From Eledone cirrhosa (Eukaryota), in assembly GCA_964016885.1 (NCBI GenBank), contig OZ024749.1, positions 10,106,001-10,170,000 of the forward strand: a stretch of DNA of 64,000 nucleotides, given 5' to 3'. This document shows positions 55,378 to 64,000 of the stretch, piece by piece. The stretch's first letter is position 1. Each line of letters opens with the position of its first letter. Made by a program: the position numbers and the translations under genes. The notes below the pieces were generated by a model that had not been told where the DNA came from, did not search any database, and saw nothing but the letters and a program-made list of their open reading frames with translations.

Positions 55378-56052
55378 TTCCGAGCTTTAACAATCAACAG
55401 CAATACAATGAAATGTAGGTCGGGAGAAATTGAAGAGATGCTTGAATGGAGAGACATGATTATATCCTGTGTACAAGAGGTCAGATGGAGAGGCTCCTCA
55501 CAGGTAAGGAAGATATGTACAAATTCTTCTGCGTTGGTAGAAATAATAGTGTAGTTGCACTATTAGCAGAGAAATGGATAGATAAGGTAATCGGGGTAGT
55601 GAAAGTATGTAGTTAGATGATGAAGCTTAGCCTCGTCATTGTTAATACAATTACTATGATTCTTTTGTATATACACCATAAGCTGGGCCTCCTCTATGAA
55701 GTTCTCTTGCATGCTACCTCAAATACAATTGACACTGGGATCATATTGGCTGATGGCTTTAATGGACATTCCACAACACCAAGATGGATTCCAAGGTGTG
55801 CATGGAGGCTATAGATTTGGGCTGAAAAAGAGGGATCAAGATTTCTAGAGTTTTGTGATGGAAATGACTTGACAATCTGTAACAGAAACTTCAGGAAACC
55901 AGCCAGCCATTTGATCACCTACTGATCAAGTGCACACGTATGCTAGATTGACTTTATACTAAGTTGATAATAAGATAGGCAGATAGCCATAAATAGTAAA
56001 ACTTTCCCTGGAGAAAGAAGCAACACTGCATGAGTGATTAGTAACTTAAGAG
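55378..56052 (+). mobile_element. Degraded non-LTR retrotransposon fragment: AP (exonuclease III-like) endonuclease domain, RTE-clade-like, with frameshifts and stops; copy 1
   Basis: Manual translation across frameshifts gives FRALTINSNTMKCRSGEIEEMLEWRDMIISCVQEVRWRG / YKFFCVG..ALLAEKWIDKVIGVVKVCS*MMKLSLV..LADGFNGH / DGFQGVHGGYRFG / EGSRFLEFCDGNDLTICNRNFRKPASHLITY*S..*IDFIL..KTFPGE. These match the QE, GDFNxH, HGGYGFG, NTxF..ITY and IDYIL motifs of RTE-type endonucleases in the expected order. No RT domain follows. Confidence 0.9.
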
Positions 56053-56111
56053 TGTGATCTAGACACACAGAAACCTTGTATTGACTGGAGAAGAAAGATG
56101 TGCAACCCTAA

Positions 56112-56771
56112 CCCTTTAGCATTTAAATTACTATTTTCATGGTAAAAGCTTTACCTCACATAATTATCTATATAATACTAAGTCTGTGATTGCTTGCTTG
56201 CTTGTCTGTAATGTAATACAGCCAAAAGGGTGCACAATGGGAAAATACTTTGAAAGGAAGTTGCTCCTGAAATAAAACAAGTTTTGTGTAAATCAGACCA
56301 CGTGTTGTCGAGATATGTGCTTTTTCCGGTTACCTTCATAAACGAGATAGTGGTTGTGACAAAGTAGATTAAAAGAGAGACATAGGGAGAGGAGACAGAG
56401 AAGGAGAATGGAAGAGAGCTGGTGATGTGTGAGTGTGTGTGTGTCTATGACCAGTGTATATAGATCACAGACACCCACATATGCATATACACACACACAT
56501 TTATATATATACATACACACACGTATATATATATATATATATGGGCCTTCCAGTTTCATTTCACATTATATACATGTCTGTATATTTTAATTATTTAAAA
56601 ATATTTTGAAGTGAACGTGACCCACATAAAATTGAATCTATAAGATTTTGATGATGTTAATATTTATTTTGAGAACAATATCCTAACATCGGTATGCGTG
56701 GCCGGTTATGGCTGGTTTGACCAGAAAGAGGTAAAATAATTCTGGCCATATATAGTTTAAATGCTGAAGAG
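56112..56771. mobile_element. Putative non-autonomous TIR element (MITE, piggyBac-like ends), 660 bp; copy 1
   Basis: Left end CTAA|CCCTTTAGCATTTAAA (56112-56127) and right end TTTAAATGCTGAAGAG|TTAA (56756-56771) form a 14/16 inverted repeat flanked by CTAA and TTAA. CCC termini with a TTAA target are piggyBac hallmarks. No transposase present. Confidence 0.6.
56371..56542. repeat. Compound microsatellite: GA-rich tract, (GT)n, (CA)n, (TA)n; copy 1
   Basis: Directly visible, e.g. TGTGTGAGTGTGTGTGTGT near 56426-56444 and a TA run at 56524-56542. Confidence 0.93.
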
Positions 56772-56776
56772 TTAAA

Positions 56777-58937
56777 GACCCAATCCTCACTCTCCTCCTT
56801 GGGGCTTGGGTTAGACATTAGACCCAGTCCTCACTCTCCTCCTTGGGGCTTTAGTCAGACTTTAGACTTTAGACCTAGTCCTCACTCTCCTCCTTGGGGC
56901 TTGGGTCAGATTTTAGACTTTAGACCCAGTCCTCACTCTCCTCCTTGGGACTTGAGTCAGACTTTAGACCCAGTCATCACTCTCCTCCTTGAGACTTGAG
57001 TCAGACTTTAGACCCAGTCCTCACTCTCCTCCTTGGGACTTGAGTCAGACTTTAGACCCAGTCCTCACTCTCCTCCTTGAGACTTGAGTCAGACTTTAGA
57101 CCCAGTCCTCACTCTCCTCCTTGGGGCTTGAGTCAGACTTTAGACCCAGTCCTCACTCTCCTCCTTGGGCCTTGAGTTAGACTTTAGACCCAGTCCTCAC
57201 TCGCCTTCTTGGGGCTTGAGTCAGACTTTAGAGTTTAGACCCAGTCCTCACTCTCCTTGGGGCTTGAGTCAGACTTTAGACTTTAGATCCAGTCTTCACT
57301 CTCTGCCTTGGGGCTTGAGTCAGACTTTAGACTTTAGACCCAGTCCTCACTCTCCTCCTTGGGGCTTGAGTTAGACTTTAGACCCAATCCTCACTCTCCT
57401 TCTTGGGGCTTGAGTCAGCCTTTAGACCCAGTCCTCACTCTCCTTGGGGCTTGAGTCAGACTTTAGTCTTTAGACTGAGTCCTCACTCTCCTTCTTGGGG
57501 CTTGAGTCAGACTTTAGACTTTAGACCCAGTCCTCACTCTCCACCTTGAGATTTGAGTCAGACTTTAGACCCAGTCCTCACTCTCCTCCTTGGGGCTTGA
57601 GTCAGACTTTAGACCCAGTCCTCACTCTCCTCCTTGGGCCTTGAGTTATACTTTAGACCCAGTCCTCACTCTCCTTGGGGCTTGAGTCAGACTTTAGACT
57701 TTAGACCCAGTCCTCACTCTCCTCCTTGGGGCTTGAGTCAGACTTTAGACCCACTCCTCACTCTCCTCCTTGGAACTTGAGTTAGACTTTAGACCCAGTC
57801 CTCAATCTCCTCCTTGGGGCTTGGGTCAGACTTTAGACTTTAGACCCAGTCCTCACTCTCCTCCTTGGGGCTTGAGTCAGACTTTAGACTTTAGACCCAG
57901 TCCTCACTCTCCTGCTTGGTACTTGAGTCATACTTTAGACCCAATCCTCACGCTCCTCCTTGGGGCTTGAGTTAGACTTTATACCCAGTCCTCACTCTCC
58001 TCCTTGGGGCTTGAGTTAGACTTTAGACCCAGTCCTCACTCTCCTCCTTGGGGCTTGAGTCAGACTTTAGACCCAGTCCTCACTCTCCTTGAGGCTTGAG
58101 TCAGACTTTAGACCCAGTCCTCACCCTCCTCCTTGGGGCTTGAGTTAGATTTAGACTCAGTCCTCACTCTCCTTCTTGGGGCTTGAGTCAGACTTTAGAC
58201 CCAGTCCTCACTCTCCTCCTTGGGGCTCTAATCAGATTTTAGACCCAGTCCTCACTCTCCTTCTTGGGGCTTGAGTCAGACTTTAGACCCAGTCCTCACT
58301 CTCCTTGGGGTTTGAGTTAGACTTTAGACTCAGTCCTCACTCTCCTTCTTGGGGCTTGAGTCAGACTTTAGAATTCAGACCCAGTCCTCACTCTCCTCCT
58401 TGGGGCTCGAGCTAGACTTTAGACCCAGTCCTCACTCTCCTCCTTGGGACTTGAGTCAGACTTTAGACCCAGTCCCCACTCTCCTCCTTGGGGCTTGAGT
58501 TAGACTTTAGACCCAGTCCTCACTCTCGTCCTTGGGCCTTGAGTTAGACATTAGACTTTAGACCCAGTCCTCACTCTCCTTCTTGGGGCTTGAGTCAGGC
58601 TTTAGACCCAGTCCTCACTCTCCTTTTTGGGGCTTGAGTCAGACTTTAGACCCAGTCCTCACTCTCCTTCTTGGGGCTTGAGTCAGACTTTAGACCCAGT
58701 CCTCACTCTCCTCCTTGGGGATTGAGTTAGACTTTAGACCCAGTCCTCACTCTCCTCCTTGGGGTTTGAGTTAGACTTTAGACCCAGTCCTCACTCTCCT
58801 CCTTGGGACTTGAGCCAGACTTTAGACCCAATCCTCACTCTCCTCCTTGGGGCTTGAGTTAGACTTTAGACCCAGTCCTCACTCTCCTCCTTGGGGCTTG
58901 AGTCAGGCTTTAGACCCAGTCCTCACTTTCCTCCTTG
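56777..58937 (+). repeat. 44-bp satellite block between the two islands
   Basis: Same monomer and orientation as the main array. Confidence 0.99.
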
Positions 58938-58952
58938 CATCAGGTTTGAAAT

Positions 58953-59627
58953 TTCCGAGCTTTAACAATCAACAGCAATACAATGAAATGTAGGTCGGGA
59001 GAAATTGAAGAGATGCTTGAATGGAGAGACATGATTATATCCTGTGTACAAGAGGTCAGATGGAGAGGCTCCTCACAGGTAAGGAAGATATGTACAAATT
59101 CTTCTGCGTTGGTAGAAATAATAGTGTAGTTGCACTATTAGCAGAGAAATGGATAGATAAGGTAATCGGGGTAGTGAAAGTATGTAGTTAGATGATGAAG
59201 CTTAGCCTCGTCATTGTTAATACAATTACTATGATTCTTTTGTATATACACCATAAGCTGGGCCTCCTCTATGAAGTTCTCTTGCATGCTACCTCAAATA
59301 CAATTGACACTGGGATCATATTGGCTGATGGCTTTAATGGACATTCCACAACACCAAGATGGATTCCAAGGTGTGCATGGAGGCTATAGATTTGGGCTGA
59401 AAAAGAGGGATCAAGTTTTCTAGAGTTTTGTGATGGAAATGACTTGACAATCTGTAACAGAAACTTCAGGAAACCAGCCAGCCATTTGATCACCTACTGA
59501 TCAAGTGCACACGTATGCTAGATTGACTTTATACTAAGTTGATAATAAGATAGGCAGATAGCCATAAATAGTAAAACTTTCCCTGGAGAAAGAAGCAACA
59601 CTGCATGAATGATTAGTAACTTAAGAG
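58953..59627 (+). mobile_element. Degraded RTE-like LINE endonuclease fragment; copy 2
   Basis: Same sequence and same disabling lesions as 55378-56052, with 2 substitutions. Confidence 0.9.
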
Positions 59628-59686
59628 TGTGATCTAGACACACAGAAACCTTGTATTGACTGGAGAAGAAAGATGTGCAACCCTAA

Positions 59687-60346
59687 CCCTTTAGCATTTA
59701 CATTACTATTTTCATGGTAAAAGCTTTACCTCACATAATTATCTATATAATACTAAGTCTGTGATTGCTTGCTTGCTTGTCTGTAATGTAATACAGCCAA
59801 AAGGGTGCACAATGGGAAAATACTTTGAAAGGAAGTTGCTCCTGAAATAAAACAAGTTTTGTGTAAATCAGACCACGTGTTGTCGAGATATGTGCTTTTT
59901 CCGGTTACCTTCATAAACGAGATAGTGGTTGTGACAAAGTAGATTAAAAGAGAGACATAGGGAGAGGAGACAGAGAAGGAGAATGGAAGAGAGCTGGTGA
60001 TGTGTGAGTGTGTGTGTGTCTATGACCAGTGTATATAGATCACAGACACCCACATATGCATATACACACACACATTTATATATATACATACACACACGTA
60101 TATATATATATATATATGGGCCTTCCAGGTTCATTTCACATTATATACATGTCTGTATATTTTAATTATTTAAAAATATTTTGAAGTGAACGTGACCCAC
60201 ATAAAATTGAATCTATAAGATTTTGATGATGTTAATATTTATTTTGAGAACAATATCCTAACATCGGTATGCGTGGCCGGTTATGGCTGGTTTGACCAGA
60301 AAGAGGTAAAATAATTCTGGCCATATATAGTTTAAATGCTGAAGAG
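59687..60346. mobile_element. Putative piggyBac-like MITE; copy 2
   Basis: CTAA|CCCTTTAGCATTTACA ... TTTAAATGCTGAAGAG|TTAA, with one extra TIR mismatch at 59701. Confidence 0.58.
59946..60117. repeat. Compound microsatellite; copy 2
   Basis: Same tracts and same lengths as copy 1. Confidence 0.93.
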
Positions 60347-60351
60347 TTAAA

Positions 60352-63300
60352 GACCCAATCCTCACTCTCCTCCTTGGGGCTTGGGTTAGACATTAGACCC
60401 AGTCCTCACTCTCCTCCTTGGGGCTTTAGTCAGACTTTAGACTTTAGACCTTGTCCTCACTCTCCTCCTTGGGGCTTGGGTCAGATTTTAGACTTTAGAC
60501 CCAGTCCTCACTCTCCTCCTTGGGACTTGAGTCAGACTTTAGACCCAGTCATCACTCTCCTCCTTGAGACTTGAGTCAGACTTTAGACCCAGTCCTCACT
60601 CTCCTCCTTGGGACTTGAGTCAGACTTTAGACCCAGTCCTCACTCTCCTCCTTGAGACTTGAGTCAGACTTTAGACCCAGTCCTCACTCTCCTCCTTGGG
60701 GCTTGAGTCAGACTTTAGACCCAGTCCTCACTCTCCTCCTTGTGGCTTGAGTCAGACTTTAGACTTTAGACCCAGTCCTCACTCTCCTCCTTGGGACTTG
60801 AGCCAGACTTTAGACCCAATCCTCACTCTCCTCCTTGGGGCTTGGTTTAGACTTTAGACCCAGTCCTCACTCTCCTCCTTGGGGCTTGAGTTAGACTTTA
60901 GATCCAGTCTCCACTCTCCTCCTTCGGGCTTGAGTCAGACTTTAGACTTTAGACCCAGTCCTCACTCTCCTCCTTGGGACTTGAGTCAGACTTTAGAACC
61001 AATCCTCACTCTCCTCCTTGGGGCTTGAGTTAGACTTTAGGCCCTGTCCTCACTCTCCTCCTTGGGGCTTGGGTCAGACTTTAGACTTTAGACCCAGTCC
61101 TCACTCTCCTTCTTGGGACTTGAGCCAGACTTTAGACCCAATCCTCACTCTCCTCCTTGGGGCTTGAGTTAGACTTTAGACCCAGTCCTCAATCTCCTCC
61201 TTGGGGCTTGAGTCAGACTTTAGACCCAGTCCTCACTCTCCTTGGGGCTTGAGTCAGACTTTAGACTTTAGACTCAGTCCTCACTCTCCTTCTTGGGGTT
61301 TGAGTCAGACTTTAGACTGTAGACCCAGTCCTCACTCTCCTCCTTGGGGCTTGGGTCAGATTTTAGACTTTAGACTCAGGCCTCACTCTCCTCCTTGGGG
61401 CTTGAATTAGACTTTAGACCCAGTCCTCACTCTCCTCCTTGGGGCTTGAGTCAGACTTTAGACCCAGTCCTCACTCTCCTCCTTGGGGCTTGAGTTAGAC
61501 TTTAGATCCAGTCTTCACTCTCCTCCTTGGGGCTTGAGTCAGACTTTAGACTTTAGACCCAGTCCTCACTCTCCTCCTTGGGACTTGAGTCAGACTTTAG
61601 ACCCAATCCTCACTCTCCTTCTTGGGGCTTGAATCAGACTTTAGACCCAGTCCTCACTCTCCTCCTTGGGGCTTGAGTTAGACTTTAGACCCAGTCCTCA
61701 CTCTCCTCATTGGGGCTTGAGTCAGACTTTAGACCCAGTCCTCACTCTCCTTGGGGCTTGAGTCAGATTTTAGACTCAGTCCTCACTCTCCTTCTTGGGG
61801 TTTGAGTCAGACTTTAGACTTTAGACCCAGTCCTCACTCTCCTCCTTGGGGCTTGAGCTAGACTTTAGACCCAGTCCTCACTCTCCTCCTTGGGGCTTGA
61901 GTTAGACTTTAGACCCAGTCCTCACTCTCCTCCTTGGGGCTTGAGTCAGACTTTAGACCCAGTCCTCACTCTCCTCCTTGGGGCTTGAGTTAAACTTTAG
62001 ACTTTAGACCCAGTCCTCATCTCCTTCTTGGGGCTTGAGTCAGACTTTAGACCCAGTCCTCACTCTCCTTCTTGGGGCTTGAGTCAGACTTTAGACCCAG
62101 TCCTCACTCTCCTCCTTGGGGCTTGGGTTAGACATTAGACCCAGTCCTCACTCTCCTTCTTGGGGCTTCAGTTAGACTTTAGACCCAGTCCTCACTCTCC
62201 TCCTTGGGGCTTGAGTCAGAATTTAGACCCAGTCCTCACTCTCCTTGGGGTTTTATTTAGACTTTAGACCTAGTCCTCACTCTCCTTCTTGGGACTTGAG
62301 TCAGACTTTAGACCCAATCCTCACTCTCTTCTTTGGGGCTTGGGTCAGACTTTAGACTCAGTCCTCACTCTCCTCCTTGGGACTTGAGTCAGAATTTAGA
62401 CCCAATCCTCACTCTCCTTCTTGGGGCTTGAGTCAGACTTTAGACCCAGTCCTCACTCTCCTTGGGGCTTGAGTCAGACTTTAGTCTTTAGACTCAGTCC
62501 TCACTCTCCTTCTTGGGGCTTGAGTCAGACTTTAGACCCAGTCCTCACTCTCCACCTTGAGACTTGTGTCAGACTTTAGACCCAGTCCTCACTCTCCTCC
62601 TTGGGGCTTGAGTCAGACTTTAGACACAGTCCTCACTATCCTCCTTGTGTCTTGAGTTAGACTTTAGACCCAGTCCTCACTCTCCTTCTTGGGGCTTGAG
62701 TCAGACTTTAGACTTTAGACCCAGTCCTCACTCTCCTCCTTGGGGCTTGAGTCAGACTTTAGACTTTAGACCCAGTCCTCACTCCCCTCCTTGGGGCTTG
62801 AGTCAGACTTTAGACTTTAGATCCAGTCCTCACTTTCCGTGCGGCTATAGTTAGACTTTAGATCCAGTCTTCACTCTCCTCCTTGGGGCTTGAGTCAGAC
62901 TTTAGACCCACTCCTCACTCTCCTCCTTGTAACTTGAGTTAGAGTTTAGACCCAGTCCTCACTCTCCTCCTTGGGGCTTGAGTCAGACTTTAGACCCAGT
63001 CCTCACTCTCATTCTTGGGGCTTGAGTCAGACTTTATACCCACTCCTCACTCTCCTTCTTGGGGCTTGAGTCAGACTTTAGACTTTAGACCCAGTCCTCA
63101 CTCTCCTTGGGGCTAGAGTCAGACTTTAGACTTTAGATCCAGTCCTCACTTTCCTTGGGGCTATAGTTAGACTTTAGATCCAGTCTTCACTCTCCTCCTT
63201 GGGGCTTGAGTCAGACTTTAGACTTTAGACCCAGTCCTCACTCTCCTCCTTGGGACTTGAGTCAGACTTTAGACCCAATCCTCACTCTCTTCCTTGGGGC

Positions 63301-64000
63301 TTGGGTCAGACTTTAGACTCAGTCCTCACTCTCCTCCTTGGGACTTGAGTCAGAATTTAGACCCAATCCTCACTCTCCTTCTTGGGGCTTGAGTAAGACT
63401 TTAGACCCAGTCCTCACTCTCCTTGGGGCTTGAGTCGGACTTTAGTCTTTAGACTCAGTCCTCACTCTCCTTCTTGGGGCTTGAGTCAGACTTTAGACCC
63501 AGTCCTCACTCTCCAGCTTGAGACTTGAGTCAGACTTTAGACCCAGTCCTCACTCTCCTCCTTGGGGCTTGAGTCAGACTTTAGACCCAGTCCTCACTCT
63601 TCTCCTTGGGTCTTGAGTTAGACTTTAGACCCAGTCCTCACTCTCCTTGGGGCTTGAGTCAGACTTTAGACTTTAGACCCAGTCCTCACTCTCCTTGGGG
63701 CTTGAGTCAGACTTTAGACTTTAGATCCAGTCCTCACTTTCTTTGGGGCTATAGTTAGACTTTAGATCCAGTCTTCACTCTCCTCCTTGGGGCTTGAGTC
63801 AGACTTTAGACCCACTCCTCACTCTCTTCCTTGGAACTTGAGTTAGAGTTTAGACCCAGTCCTCACTCTCCTCCTTGGGGCTTGGGTCAGACTTTAGACT
63901 TTAGACCCAGTCCTCACTCTCCTCCTTGGGGCTTGAGTCAGACTTTAGACCCACTCCTCACTCTCCTCCTTGGGCTTAAGTCAGACTTTAGACCCAGTCC
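60352..64000 (+). repeat. 44-bp satellite block (runs off the right edge)
   Basis: Same monomer and orientation as the main array. Confidence 0.99.

Larger units (their letters stand above)
55363..56776. repeat. 1,414-bp AT-rich non-satellite island, copy 1
   Basis: Abrupt loss of periodicity after ...CTCCTTG at 55362; the satellite resumes at GACCCAATCC 56777. Near-identical to 58938-60351. Confidence 0.97.
58938..60351. repeat. 1,414-bp AT-rich non-satellite island, copy 2
   Basis: Constant offset 3575 from copy 1. Differences seen at 59416, 59609, 59701 and 60129. Confidence 0.97.

Noticed and set aside
55617-55814. 65-aa ORF (and its copy at 59192) as a functional gene
   Set aside because: It is an open segment of the decayed LINE endonuclease between a stop and a frameshift, and the GDFN motif is mutated to DGFN.
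55694-55918. Minus-strand 74-aa ORF (and its copy at 59269)
   Set aside because: It is the antisense shadow of the LINE fragment and has no recognisable motif.
56104-56115. Telomere-like AACCCTAACCCT
   Set aside because: Only two units, better explained as the flank plus the start of the TIR.
56293-56559. Minus-strand 88-aa ORF (and its copy at 59868)
   Set aside because: It is a translation of microsatellite tracts (YIYI, CVCV, THTH).
56542-56572. Possible SINE or LINE-tail remnant after the TA run (GGGCCTTCCAGTTTC)
   Set aside because: Too short and diverged to support without a database search.
4390-62854. About 35 short ORFs with the repeated peptide LDFRPSPHSPPWGLSQT
   Set aside because: They start at TTG, not ATG, and exist only where 48- or 51-bp variants (multiples of 3) happen to be adjacent. 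The 44-bp unit shifts frame into TAG or TGA stops. There is no sign of coding constraint.

Overview
This window is eukaryotic satellite DNA with no intact genes. About 61 kb of the 64 kb is one head-to-tail array of a 44-bp monomer (consensus GACCCAGTCCTCACTCTCCTCCTTGGGGCTTGAGTCAGACTTTA; 24/44 GC, no CpG, 28/44 pyrimidine on the + strand), roughly 1,300-1,400 copies, all apparently in one orientation. Length variants of 41, 43, 48 and 51 bp and point variants form long recurring strings that reveal nested kb-scale tandem duplications (about 0.65, 1.6, 2.5, 3.7, 4.6 and 5.4 kb). The array is interrupted twice by the same 1,414-bp AT-rich island (55363-56776 and 58938-60351, offset 3,575 bp, 4 substitutions found by eye). 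Each island holds a decayed AP-endonuclease domain of an RTE-type LINE and a 660-bp TIR element with piggyBac-like ends and an internal compound microsatellite. The island repeats resemble what I recall of octopus repeats, but that is unverified. The satellite ORFs in the track are artefacts. The most notable features are a canonical AP-1 site and a fold-back structure in the monomer, the readable duplication history, and the island junctions. All comparisons were done by eye, so block boundaries are approximate. I found no evidence for a new protein-coding system.
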